From Blasia pusilla (Eukaryota): DNA of 64,000 bases. This document shows, one piece after another, positions 10,913 through 24,261 of this stretch; positions within the stretch are counted from its first letter, which is position 1, and every line of letters begins with the position of its first letter. The notes beneath the pieces are model-generated. The model was not told the origin of the DNA. It did not search any database and saw only the letters and a program-made list of their open reading frames with translations. The translations under genes and the position numbers were made by a program. The stretch is from contig CM114271.1 of assembly GCA_050084515.1 (NCBI GenBank), positions 31,992,001 through 32,056,000 of the forward strand, in the 5' to 3' direction.

Positions 10913-13676
10913 CCTCTGGGCAACTCTTTGTCAAGATGACTCGGCGGCTTGGTCCTGAAGATCCCGCTTCTTCTTTGCAAAATCCCATTTTTTGGCGTCT
11001 ATTTCCTCATCGAGGTGTACTTGAGGGAGGATGTGATTCTTGAACATCATCCTGAATCCTGGGTTTTTTGTGGGCGTATTTATGATGTCATCAAGCCATA
11101 GTTCAAAATCTTCTGCAGCCTCTAGGTTTGCTTCCTCTAGAACTGGCTCAATCTTCTTTAGCTCCGCTTGAAGATCCACAAGCATAGACTTCCCGAGAAG
11201 GCGTAACGCATCCCAAAATGACCATTCCTGTAGCCAATGGGAGATCACTGGATGTAAAACTCCCAGAGGATGGTGTGCCGCCCGCTTTTGGGCCTCAGTG
11301 CCCTCCAGACTGATTTTCATTAGTCTGATTCGTCGAAACTTGGATATCCCAAACAGCGCAAATCCTGAGACACTTTCTCGCCGATCCGACCCTATGGATC
11401 TTCGTCTCTCTTCCGCTGGCGCTTGATCATTTCCTTGAGCTCCTTGTAAAACTCCGGGCCAAGTTCAGGGTTGAGAATCACAATGTATCAATGCATCTTG
11501 CTTGCAATGTACTTTGTAGCTACAAATACGGCAGCCTGAATAAACTTTGCACGTTCCGACAGAGACACGTTCTCCCTTTGCTCATGTTCCAACGAAGCAC
11601 TCTTCTTGGCGGCCAAGATCTTGGACCAACATAGGATTGTGACAGTAGCATCTTGGGAAATGAAGGTATTTGCCCAAGTCTTCTTTTTTATTTGAGCTCC
11701 CTTCGCGAGCATCTAATTCACCATACCGTCGCCCAAGAATCCCTTGTACTCTACCGGGTGCGTCGTAAGCACCTTCTTCATCCTATCGCAATCTTGGATC
11801 CAATGGTAGGTGACGTTCCCCTCCGATACAATCTTGCACATCCAAACACAAAGTACGAACACTGCAAGCTATCGGATTCTTGCAACCCGTCGGACTCCGA
11901 CAAGTCGCAATTCTGTCAACCCATGGGAGTCGAAATGGTAACACAGGGATAAATGTTGCAACCCGTTGAAGTTTGACTGGTCGCAACACTTATCTTTGTG
12001 TTACACTTATTGCAACACTCTCAAAATTTTTAAAGAGAATTACAAATAAATCATGCATTCATTTTTCCACCCGTCGATTTTGTGCTTGGCCACCAGGCAA
12101 CCCGTTGGACTCCAACGGTTTGCTTGACTATGACATTGACCACAAACAGGATGGTCGCAATAGACTCAAATCTTTAAGCTTTCCAATTATTCAAACCGTC
12201 TGACTCCGACGGGTGAAGCAATCAAACTTAAGGAAGAGGAAACTTACATATTCATCGCATGCATTGCCATTTCCACCGTTGCCATGTGATGAGGAAATGG
12301 ATGGAGCACAACTGCCTTCACGCAAAAATGCGCCTCCAATGAATTTGGGCGCTCCTCTGCAAACTGCGTCCATGCCATGTACCTGTGGTTTCCATCCCAG
12401 ATGAAGAAGTAAAGGTTCCGCATCCAGCTAAATTTGGTTCCTTCAATCGCTCTTCTGAACTCTTGATCTCTCATCCTCCAGAAAGTATCCAGCGCCTCCA
12501 AGTCCTCTTCCGTCACCAACGCTTGGGTTCGATGTTCATCGTGAGGCTGAACATAGAACGGAGGGAAGCTGTCGACATAGGATGCAGTCGTTGCCAACTA
12601 TTTGAGCTTTGCAATGTCCTCCTCTGACCGAATTTTTGCGGACATACTCCATTGTCCGCAATCGACAGAGTGGAATTCTCGGGGCGTTCTGGCCCTACAT
12701 CAGTGCCATCTGCTTAACAACCTGCCATAATGCGGACCAAGTCAATAACATGCAGTGTTTTGCCAATGAATTGCATAATGAGCCTTCACATAACTCAAAT
12801 TTCTTACCCATCAAAGATTGGGTTGGTATCCAGGCCCGCCAACTGCTCTGGGACAGCACCTGGCAAGTCCACGGGAAACTCATGGATCCCATAAAGGTCA
12901 ATTTCTTCCACAGGGCTCAAAGATGACAAGGACTCTTCTCTTGCTTCTTTAGAGATGTCCACCATCTCCACACTTGCTGTCCTCATGACCTCATCGTCCG
13001 TCACTTGAACTTCGGTCGTTTCCTCAGCCGATTTTTGATTCATGGTGTCCCCAGACCTCATGGGAGACATTTCCTGCATCTCAACACTCTCTGTTGGACG
13101 GGCAGGGATTTCTTCAATGGTGATTGCTTTTTCTCTTCGAGCTTTCGCCAATTCTGCTCTCCTCACAGAGGCGTCAAGACGCTTCTTCTTGCGTTTCTCG
13201 TTCGCGACTCTTTTCTACAAGGCCTTCCATGCCTCAGCCTCGGAATTTTGCTTAGCGAGCTCCTCCAGAACACATTTTGCTAGAACCTCTTGCCTGTGCA
13301 TATCTGCTTCCCTTTCCCGCTCCTCTATTTCTTGTTGCCTTATCTCATTCGCCAAACGAGGACCTGGAGATGGTGACGCAGGAGTCCTGATGGACTTGGG
13401 AGTGATGCTCCCTACCTTGGTTGCTTATGTTTTCTTTCTCAACATGGTGCACGTTGGGTCAGTTCTACCTCCTCGACTGTCTAATATGCTCATGTGCACG
13501 ATAGATCCCTCAAAGCGTTTCGTGATGAAGCGTCGTGACCCTCCATCGGATGGGCTTGCCGAAATCCAAATCTGGAAGCGTTGGTTGCTGGATCGTCGTA
13601 ACCTTTCAACGAAGTGATGATGTAACCGAGTTTGGAAGCGAAAAGGTAACGTCAACTGCTGCGAGGAAGAGCACAT
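10913..13676 (-). pseudogene. 5' part of the ParB/Srx-like domain gene (coiled-coil N-terminus), multi-exon, with premature stops
   Basis: IPLCRLRTMEYVRK..EEDIAKLK..ATTASYVDSFPPFYV and YFFIWDGNHRYMAW resemble the ParB/sulfiredoxin fold (DGxHR); GTAAG donors at ~12807 and ~12248; stops mostly consistent with CAA/CAG/CGA to TAA/TAG/TGA. Confidence 0.6.
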
Positions 13677-15022
13677 GAAATTGCGAAATGAAAAACAGAG
13701 ATGATCGAAACCTCAACCTTTTATAATTTTCGAGCCGTTGAGTTGACCATTGGGTCGTTGGGTCGTACCGACGGCGATGTGTAGGCCGTTATGGATCTTT
13801 GCACGTGGGAACCCGGGCAACCCGTCGGTCTCCGACAAGTTGCACGCTTCCCTCGTCTTGGGGATGTAGGGCGAGTTACCGAGGCAACCTGTTCGAGACC
13901 GACGGATTTCACAGATCCCTCGTCCCACCATCGGCAAATCTGCACTTTTGGTTTGCATGGTTCATTGGACAAGAGAAATCGACGCGAGATCCAAAAGGGA
14001 AAGCGAGGTTAGGTGCTTTTCAAACCCATCGCAGTCCCCAACGGATAGCCGTAGCAAATCCATGTGATGTCTCGTGTCTTGATGTTAGCAAATCCCGACT
14101 CCAATCACATAGGTCAGACAGGCAGGGGCTACCAACCCAACGGACTCCGACGGGTTGCAAGTTGCACTCGGACTCTTACAGAAGATGGTACTCCGTGGCT
14201 TTGCAACCCACGTGTATGAGTCCCAAAATTTGCAACCCGTCAGACTCCGACAAGTTGCAACAGGATTGAATCCATTCTTTCAGACAATCTCACCTACCAA
14301 ACAGCATCTTGTCAGTCAAATTCTCTCAGGAGAATAACGGTCACTATTCACTATAAATTAAATATTCTCATCCTCATTCTTATTCTTATTCTCATTCTCC
14401 ACTCGGTGGAATCATTTGGGAATGGATAATTATGTGAAACTCACTTGTGGCAGTCATCTAACTGCCCTTCCTCAATCAGAACTAGTTCGACCGCAAGCTC
14501 GTGAATGTTACATACCAGTGGATGAAAATTTCCTTTTACTGCCATTTCTTCTCCAAATTTTAACAATCTTTGTTTCCAAGGATGTTAGGGTGGACGGTAC
14601 GGAGGACGTTGTAGGTGAGACAGTCCAGCCAGTGATAGCAGACCGTTAAGTATGGAATCTCCTACCTCGTAGAGGTAGGAGATTCTGAAAGAGATACTTT
14701 TTTTTTAAGAGAGTTTCCGTTGGGTTGAAGAGAGGAAATTTTTGTGTCACTTTTTTTGCACTTTTCTGCTCAGTTCTTAAGCACTCCCACAATTTTCTTT
14801 CTCTCTTCCACATTTTGGCAATCCATCTGAGTCCGACGAGTTGCAAATTGCAAAAAATTTAAAATACTGAAAAATTAGTGGAATCATAACTGTGGAACTA
14901 ATCACTTTTTCCATCCAAGGTATGGAAAAAATCTATCATTTTCCCTGGGCTGAATAGAGTTCACGCTCAAAGCGAAGGTTCTAGAAAAATGAAAGTAAAA
15001 TCTAAAACCTCATTTTGCATCC

Positions 15023-15300
15023 TCAAAGTGGTTTGTTTAAAATACTTCGCACTTCTTTGAGGGATAGAATTGGTTGGTGGATTCCTACTCCTACCTCCGA
15101 CTCTCTTAAAACTACAAGCAACACATAATACATGTGCTTACAAGGGAAATACCTTTTTCCACTTGTCTCTCTTTGGACAAAGTCATCACATGAACATGTG
15201 GGAAAGCAATAGATGTGCACCAAATACACCCTTGTGACACTTGAATTTGTTGGATGCTCAACATCCACTCCATTGAGCACCATTAATCTGATCGGCCCCC
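15023..15300 (-). pseudogene. SWIM zinc-finger C-terminal fragment (possibly a Mutator-like transposase), interrupted by the copia element
   Basis: YLVHI..PTCSCDDF...PCKHMYYV fits the CxC-x(n)-CxH SWIM signature. Confidence 0.75.
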
Positions 15301-15607
15301 TTGTATGAGGAGAAGCCTAGATTGATGGTTCCGACTTAGACGTCGAAGGAGTCATAGTAATATGACGTAGGTGGTTTACTAGGATTATTTCTATTAATAG
15401 AAATGAAAAAAAATAGGTAAAAACCCTAGTTTCTCGAGTAGTGATGTAGTCGGGAGCCGCAACAGTAGCGCATTCTCGTATGTCGAGTTATCTCCATGTT
15501 CAGGTTCCAACGAAGCTCTTCTGTGAGCGCACGGACAGACTAGGCCACTTTGTATCTCTAAGTTATGTAAAGATTTCAGTGATTTTGTCATTTTTTGTTT
15601 TCTCACA

Positions 15608-15619
15608 TGGTATTAGAGC
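15608..15619 (+). promoter_or_regulatory. Primer binding site (tRNA-iMet type) of the copia element
   Basis: TGGTATTAGAGC, one mismatch from the canonical TGGTATCAGAGC, directly after ...CA. Confidence 0.85.
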
Positions 15620-18550
15620 AATAGATTTTCGATTATTTTGTATCTGGCGATCAAGTGTGTTTGCACAAAATCTTGAGAGATGGCTACTTCTTTGTCAATT
15701 CGTGCTCGCCCTCCTCCGCTGGGTGAAGGGAAGTTAGATGGGTCTAACTATATATTGTGGAAGTTCAAAATGAGAACTGTCCTCGAATCATTTGAGATCT
15801 GGGAGACGGCCACAAGGGTCGATTCGAATCCACAAGCTACTTTGAGTTCTGCATGTTCATCTTCATCTGGGGATATTAATCCTGTTGTATTGCTGGCATG
15901 GAAATGCAAAAACGCTAATGCTCTATATGCGATTCTCATGAATGTAACTGATTCTGTCATGACTCTCATTCAACATACGACCAGTACTGCTGAGGCATGG
16001 AACATTCTGAAGAATCAATCAGTATGAAACGAGGAATGAGACTCAGATTCAGAGTCTGGAGAATCAGCTTACGTCCGAGAAATTTTTAGAAGGAGAAAGC
16101 GCGGAGCAATTTTTGACAAGGATCAAGAATCTTCAAGATCAAATGGCGATCAAATGGCATCTGTAGGAATTTCAAAGTCTAGCGAAGATTTGGCACATCG
16201 GTGCATAAGGATTTTTCCTCCAAGGTATGATAGTTTGGTCACTCCATTGAATACTCAAGTAAGACCCACGCCGCTTACTTTTGAACAATTTAGTGCAATG
16301 ATGGTAGAAGAGGAAATGCGCTTCAAAGCAAGAGAGGGAAGTAATGCAGCATTTACTGCCAACATACAGAGAGGTACAAATCAGGATTACAGTTCAAATG
16401 TCAAGAAGAAATTTCCAAGGAAAGCCTTCAAATGCTTTTATTGTGGTAAGATTATCAAAGATTGTAGAAAGAGGAGTTATGATGAGAAGAACGGTTGTTT
16501 AAGACCTAAGAAGGAGTCTGGAAATTCTGTAGAACTAGGAGAACATGAAGTAGATGCTTGGGTAGCAATCGAAGAGTTTTGCACATAGGCAGAACATTCC
16601 ACTAAGTCAAAGAGTGAAGATGCATGGGTGCTCGATAGTGGAGCATCTAGGCATATGACCGATCGTAAGGATTGGTATAGCTCTTTACAGCCTCTATAGG
16701 AGCCCATCGTTGTTATTGTTGAAATAATGCAAAGTGCCTTGTAGAAGGGAAAGGCACAATTTCTTTAGTCTCACAAAAAGGAGATGAAAAGAAGTTAATT
16801 GATGTACTGTACGTACCATAGTTGAAGTGAAATTTGATTTCAGTAGCAGTATTATGTGATCGTGACCTAGAAGTTCGTTTCAAGAAAATTGGAGCAGTCA
16901 TTGAAGATGCCAATGGGAAAGTAGTGGGTGAAGATATACGACGTGGAAATATCTATGAGTTGTATGCTTTCACGACAAGTGTAGGTACAGATCTTAGTAG
17001 CAATAAGTTGTGGCATGAAAGATTTGGTCACCTAAGCTTTCCCTTACTAAGTCAGATGCAGAAATCTAGCATGGTTGTTGATTTACCAACAATTTCTGGA
17101 GTGTCGGATACATGTGAAGCTTGTATGATGGGCAAGCAACACCGACAACCATTTCCACAAGAGTCCAGCAATAGAGCAAAGGCTCCTCTAGAGCTGATTC
17201 ATGTTGAGCTTTGTAGTAAAATGAGAATGGCATTAGGTGGTTCTTCCCACTCCTTTTTAGTTGTCGACGATTATAGTAGGAAGATGTGGGTGTATTTCCT
17301 TCGTGATAAGACAAGTGTTTTTGGAAAATTTAAAGTATGGCACAAGCTGGTTGAGAATGAGACAGGAAAGAAGGTACAAAAGCTTTGCACCGATCGAGGA
17401 GGAGATTTCTTATCAACAGAATTCAACAAATATTTGGGGGAGCATGGAATCAAGCGCCAATTAATCACGGCACATACACAACAACAAAATGGAATTGTTG
17501 AGCGTCGAAACCGTACAGTGCTGGAGATGGCAAGATGTATGATGAAATCAAAAGGTTTGACAGAAGGATTTTGGGCTGAAGCTGTTAATACTGCCGTTTA
17601 CATTCTAAATAGAAGTGCTACCAAGTCATGACTCCTCATCAATCATACTCAGGTAAGGTACCATCACTCCAACATTTCAGGACTTTTGGTAGTGAGTGCT
17701 TTGCACATATTCCTGAAGCATCCACGACCAAGCTGGAGTCCAAGAGCAGGAAGTGCATCTTTATGGGATACAGTGATGAGTCTAAAGCTTATCCCCTTTG
17801 GTTTCCTGAGGCAAAGAAGATGCTTGTGAGTCGTGATGTGGTGTTCCAGAAATAGCCTCGTCAAGTGGCGGATATCAGTGGTCCGTCCACATTATCATCA
17901 AACGAAGAGATAACCCACCAAAGCACACCACCAATGTTAACACCAGGTCATCAAGAAGAAGAATTTGGTGATGATTACAAAGAGCAGCGTGCTCTTCCAC
18001 TACGGTCGTCATACCCTAAGTGGATAAAGCAGCTCTTGGATGGTAAGGATCCACCAGAACTCATGAAGTTGTTACACATCCAAGGAGATCCAAGAGACTA
18101 GAGGAGCATAATAGAGCTTTCGCACATCTCATTGACATGGCCTTGATGACAGAAGTCTTGAAGGTGGAAGAGCCATCATGCTTGGATGAGACCCTCGCTC
18201 ATCCTCAATGGAGAGAGGCCATGCAGATGGAGATGGACGCTATTCAGAGAAATGAAACTTAGACTTTGGTCGAGAAGCCAAAGGACCGGAAGATAATGCG
18301 CACCAAATGGGTGTACAAGACCAAGTACAAGTCAGACGGTAGATTGGATAAATTCAAAGCAAGGTTGGTTGCACAAGGATGCTCACAAATCGAAGGTTTT
18401 GACTACTATGAGACTTTTGCTCCTACTGCAAGGATGACAACCATTCGAATTGTTCTAGCGGTTGCAGGAACAAGACGTTGGCATGTATACCAATACGATG
18501 TGAAGTCTGCCTTTGTGAACAGGAGTCTCAAGGAGGAGGTGTATATGTGT

Positions 18551-19201
18551 CTTTGCGAGCCACATGTTCCATAGGGTGGATGGCGGATGTGGTGACTTGG
18601 TCTTCAAAGTGGAATGTGGCAGAACGCGATTGGGACTTGAAACCGATGGCCCTCCGTGAGCATCTACAGAAGCAATCTCTCAACATCATTTGGAGCAGTG
18701 CGGGCACCAAAATGGAGTTTTATCAACTTCATGTTAATCCTATGCTTGTATATTGTGAACAAGGATACCTACTTATGGGATCTCACGTTCTTACGACATA
18801 TTATCGCACGTCATAGAACTGGATCTCATAGGCTAGGAATTGAGGAAGGAGGATGGTTTAAAATTGATAGAAGTGAACGAATTTGTAGGTTATGTGACGG
18901 AGAAAATATTGAGGATGAAGAGCATGTGTTTGTTACATGTCCAAGGTATGGAGAAATAAGACTAGCTCATAAAATAGATGTGGAGAATTTCTATTCTTTA
19001 CTACAGCTAGTGCCTTATGATTTAGGTTGTTACATTAGGGACGTCATCATTCATCGCTCAAGTGCTCTAGGCTGTAGCTAGGAGAAGGTCTTAAGGATCT
19101 TTTTCAGGGTCAATCAATGAATGACTTGTAATGTGTTTTTCAGCCTTTTGACCCTTTGGGTCCCACGGGCTTGATCTATTTACCATTTACCATTTACCAT
19201 T
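18551..19201 (+). mobile_element. LINE copy 3, 5'-truncated, inserted in the copia RT
   Basis: Splits EEVYM|CQPPGF; imperfect TSD TATATG(TG)TC; TTTACCA tail. Confidence 0.95.
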
Positions 19202-20130
19202 TATATGTCAACCACCAGGTTTTGAGACACCCAGATCAAAAGAGAAAGTGTGTTTACTTCGTCGAGCCCCAATGGTATGGTATCAACAAATAGATATATT
19301 CTTCCAAGAGAAGGGTCTCATCAAGAGTCCGTCAGAAGCAAATTTGTATGTGTTTTGCAAAGATGGGATGTATATGTTGATAGTCCTATATGTGGATGAT
19401 CTTATCATCACAGAAGACCACAGTAAGAAAATAGTAGAAATGAAGGGAGTGTTGACATTTGAGTTTGAAATGTCAGATTTAGGTCTTTTGCACTACTTTT
19501 AAGGGCTGGAGATTTGGCAACAGTTTGATTCTATTTTTCTCTCTTGAAAAAATTATGCTAGAGAAATCTTGAAGGCATTCGGGATGACCGAGTGTAAGAC
19601 AATGGTCTCGCCAATGGAGGTAAAGTTGAAACTCTCGATGGAGGATGTTTCACCATTGGTAGATGAAAAGTTGTACAGAAACCTTGTAGGCAGTTTGATA
19701 TTTTTGTGTAACACTAGACCAGACATTAGCTTCGCTGTGGGAGTGTTGAGTAGGTTCTCAACTAAGTCTCGTGAGAACCATTGGAAGGCAGGGATGCATG
19801 TGTTGAAGTACATCAAATGCACTATCGAGTACGACATCACCTATGGAGCAGGGACGGAAATGACAGGTTTTTGTGACTCGGATTGGGCATGAGATTGAGA
19901 TTCTCGAAGATCAGTTTCGGGTTATTGCTTCTTGGTAGGATCAGGTGTGGTGTCATGGGTCAGCAAAAGGCAACCTACAGTGGCTCTTTCTTCTACCGAG
20001 GCAGAGTACAAGGCGGCTTGTTATGCTTCTTGTGAAGCACTATGGTTGAGATGGATATTGGAGGACATAGGAGAAGCACCAAAAAATGCTACTGTAATGT
20101 GGTGTGACAATCAAGGTTGCATTGCCATGC

Positions 20131-20340
20131 TGGATGAGCACCGCTCAAGCCCCAACATGCTCCAATCTCTGTGCAATTGGAAAGGACGCCCCCTGATCGG
20201 TCTCCTCAAGATGGGCGCGGACGTCAACCTGTCCTTGAGCAACTGAAATGCTCGCTCTTGCTCATCCCCCCAGTGCCATTCGTGATCCACCTTGGTTAGC
20301 AAGGTTAGCGGCTTCGCAGTCGAACTGAATCCCTTGACGA
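20131..20340 (-). mobile_element. Gypsy RT/RNase H connection fragment
   Basis: [34 protein letters not shown], near-identical to 60506-60660. Confidence 0.85.
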
Positions 20341-20407
20341 GACCGTGTTCTTCAACGTGCTAAGAGGTATCAATTGGAGGGAACACATATTCTCCGTGTG
20401 TGGGAGG

Positions 20408-23400
20408 ATGGTAGATGGTAAATGGTAAATGATAAATAGATCAAGCCCGTGGGACCGAAAGGATCAAAAGGCTGAAAAACACATTACAAGTCATTCATGC
20501 ACTGACCCTGGAAAAGATCGTTAAGACCTTCTCCTAGCTACAACCTAGAGCACTTGAGCGATGAATAATGACGTCCCTAATATAACAACCTAAATCATAC
20601 AGCACTAGCTGTAGTAAAGAATAGAAATTCTCCACATCTATTTTATGAGCAAGTCTAATCTCTTCATACCTTGGACATGTAACAAACACATGCTCTTCAT
20701 CCTCAATATTTTCTCCGTCACATAACCTACAAATTCGTTCACTTCTATCAATTTTAAACCATCGTCCTTCCTCAATTCCTAGCCTATGTGACCCAGTTCT
20801 ATGACGTGCGATAATATGTCGTAAGAACGTAGAGATCCTTCCAAATAGGTATCCTTGTTCACAATATACAAGCATAGGATTAACATGAAGTTGATAAAAC
20901 TCCATTTTGGTGCCCGCACTGCTCCAAATGATGTTGAGAGATTGCTTTCAGAGATGCTCACGGAGGGCCATCGGTTTCAAGTCCCAATCGCGTTCGCCAC
21001 ATTCCACTTTGAAGACCAAGTCACCACATCCGCCATCCACCCTATGGAACGTGTGGCTCGCAAAGCTTGATGAGGGAGGCGAGAAACATCAAGAGATCTC
21101 ACCCTTGCGATGTAAGTGATGGTCAAGTAAAGAGCTTCAGCTTCTAGAGGAAGAAAACCTGTTTCCGCAAGAAGAATAGCATACGGAGTTTGGTTTTTAC
21201 ACCCAATTCTTCTTGTAGAAAGATCTTTTGCACTCTTTCCACGCGCTCCCAACTTGTCTTCTTACAACTAGGGCCCCAAACTTGGGTCCCATATAAGACC
21301 ACCGGCAACACTAAGCTCCTAAATAAGAATTTCCTAAGACTCCAAGACACAAGATGAGCTCTTCTACACCGGTTTAAAAATGAATATAGAGCTTTGTAAC
21401 CAGCTTCTACTCTCTTTTGCACGCAAAGTGCCCAACTATAGTCATGAGAGAAATCGATGCCTAGATATTTGTAACTCTTCACTTGTTCTAATTGTAGACC
21501 TTTGTAAAAGAACGAGAACTTGGATCTAGTACCCACTATAATGACTTTAGACTTGTCCATATTAACCTCCATCTGATTCTGGGTACAAAACCTTGCCAAA
21601 GTGTCGAGGTGCTTTTGTAAACTAATGCCATCACGTGCTAGTAATATGATATCATCTGCATACAATAGAGCTTTGATGACAAAGTCCCCAAGCTTGACCC
21701 CTTCACTATCACATTCCTCCAACCACTTTTCGATATCATCTATGAAAACTCCAAAAATTGTAGGGGAGAGAGGGCAACCTTGAATGACTCCAATGGTGCT
21801 CAAGATCTCTTGAGTTTGTGAACCTTTGATCTTGGCCCGAACGGAATGGTATAACGTGGCCACGGCTGCTAGGAGATTTTGTGGAACTCCAATGGCTTGC
21901 AGCCTTTCCCATAAGAGCTTGCGAGGTACAGTATCAAAAGCTTTCTTGAAATCGATGAAGCCGCAAAACAAAGCTTTTCCATTGCCCTTAGATTTCTCCC
22001 ATGAAACACGCAAGGCCAAGATATGATCGATGGTGTTGTATGTTGGACGAAAACCAGCTTGGACCCGTGCTCTCTTTTGGAAAGACTCTGTCCATGTGCT
22101 CAACTTCGACTCCACCAATTTCCCAAACAACTTGGCAAAAACACTACCCACCATGATAGTGCGATAGTTTGTTACCAAGTCCTTCCTTCCTGATTTGTGA
22201 ATAGGGACAATCTCCCGTAGCGACCAGGTTGAAGGAAAACCATAGATAGCAGCATCACCCAATAATTTGGTGAGGATCGGTCCAATACAATCTCCTCCCC
22301 ACTTGAAAAGTTCAATAGAAAGACCATCCAAATCCTCACATTTACCATTGGCCAATCTTCTGAGTTGAGTCATCACCTCTCCTTTGGAGAATAAGCCAGG
22401 TATTCCTCCACAACGTGACATAGATGTAGCATCGAGGAAGAAATAGAGCTTTTCGGCAAAAGATATCAAAGACTTGGGATCAAGAATAGGTTTTGAAGAC
22501 CGTACTACTAACCGTCTCCAAAATGATTTGGGGTCCTCATGCAGCTCCCTTGTCAAAGACTCTTGTTTCCGCCGCAAGAAAGCTCGTTTCTTAGATTTCA
22601 CCAAGTATTTGTAAAGGCTCGTCATAATAAGCCGACTTGGGATATCCAAAGATTTATCAACTGATCGTGCCCTTGCTTGCTTGCATTGAGTCAAACCACC
22701 CATTACAAGGCGACCTCCCGGCACTTCTATATCCTGGCGCGAAAAGAACTTAGATGCATTGTTTTTGAGCAATTCGGTTAGTTGCATACTTGCCGTGTTT
22801 GGATCCGGGCTCCATACAATGCGAGTCAAGTGTTCTTGTAAATGTAGCATATAAAGATCTTTTTTACCTGGATCTAAGCGAAACTTCGGAGAAGCTCAAA
22901 TAGATTGACATGTCGAGAGAGGAATGACCTTTGATAGTGAGAGAGTAAACAAAAGAGGTGCATGATCTGATTCAGGCTGAGGTTCTAGAATATCAAATTT
23001 AGAGATAAGAGAGCTATCAGCGGGCGAGGACAGAAGATAATCGATGGTGCTAGCGCCGGTAGAGGAGAAACACATATTGGAGTGAGAGTTGGGAAAATGA
23101 GAGGTTCCATTAAGAACTTTCAAATTACAAGTGCCTCCAAAGGTTAAAAAATGCTCTGTCAAAGGATTTGTACAAAGATCTGAAGATGTTCTAGACCACA
23201 AACCATCCTCATATTCTTCGAGAAGAGGAGAAATCAAGGAATCACTGAATTGGGTAAATTGAGCAGTACGTGTGCGAGCACTGAAATCTCCAACTAGAAA
23301 GACTTCACCTTTACTTTGATATTTGAGAACATCCCCAATAAGTCGATGGAACGGTTGACTTCGATAATGAGTGCGTGTTGAGTAGATAGGCATGGAGAGT

Positions 23401-24261
23401 GGTGCAAAATAACAAACTGCCAAATAACAATAAGATCCCCCAGCCAAACCAAGACGTAGCCAATGATATTGGCCCCCGATATCTTGATCTTCTAGATGAA
23501 TGAGAGGTAGAAATTGAGACCTGATGAAAGTAGCAATATCGCCATAACCCGTTCCTGCCCGTTGCCTTCTTTGATTCCATGTCGATCCCACCAAAGTAAA
23601 CCCTTGCATCTCTGCAATAGTATTGCTCTCATGTTCCCAAGTCTCCACAATATTGATAATATCTGCCATCTCCCAAATTGGTAGAGCACTCACATACTTT
23701 GTTGTTGAAAGGCCTCGTATATTCCACATCAACACTCTCAGCTTCTTGGATTGCTAGGTTGATAACTCTCTTTTTCTCTGAGTAACAATTGCTCGCTCAT
23801 CGCGTAGATAAGCAATAAAACCTGCTTCTTGAGCCTCTTTGACCTTTGCAAGCTCTTTTCTCCTAGCTTCGACTTGTAGAGGAGTGAGATTAGGATCCAA
23901 CCATATCCTTCGTCCTTTGAGAATGGCCTTGTTAGCCATGGCAGTATCACGTTGAGTTTGATCAACAAAATTGACTAGAATGGCACGAGGTTGTGTGCCC
24001 GTTTTCCCAATGCGAAAAGCTTGAGCCAAGTCCGGGTTATGAACATGAAGTGTATCAACCAAGAACTTGGTGACAACACTCTTCACCTCTTCGCTCTCTG
24101 TTTCCGGCAAACCTGAGATTCTCACATTCTTTCTACGCGCAAATTGGTTTTCTTTTTCTATCTCTTGCTCTTGACAGAAAGAGATATGAGCAACCTTTGA
24201 AGCTTCAGCATAAGATTTCATTTTCACTTCTAAAGTTTCAACAACCTCATGCAATCCTGAA
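20408..24261 (-). mobile_element. LINE copy 4, 5'-truncated in ORF1
   Basis: Tail ~20408-20440; ORF2 20534-23735; ORF1 part 23754-24254. Confidence 0.96.

Larger units (their letters stand above)
15302..20130 (+). mobile_element. Ty1/copia LTR retrotransposon, decayed, 3'-truncated in RNase H
   Basis: Putative 5' LTR ~15302-15607 (start uncertain); PBS; gag (LDGSNY..WK, zinc knuckle), protease (WVLDSGASRHM), integrase (WHERFGH, VDDYSR, QNGIVER), RT (KARLVAQG, LYVDD), RNase H (CDSDWA, SSTEAEY, CDNQ); no 3' LTR seen. Confidence 0.95.

Noticed and set aside
18266-18816. Copia RT-LINE chimeric ORFs as novel proteins
   Set aside because: Explained by insertion of LINE copy 3 with a TSD
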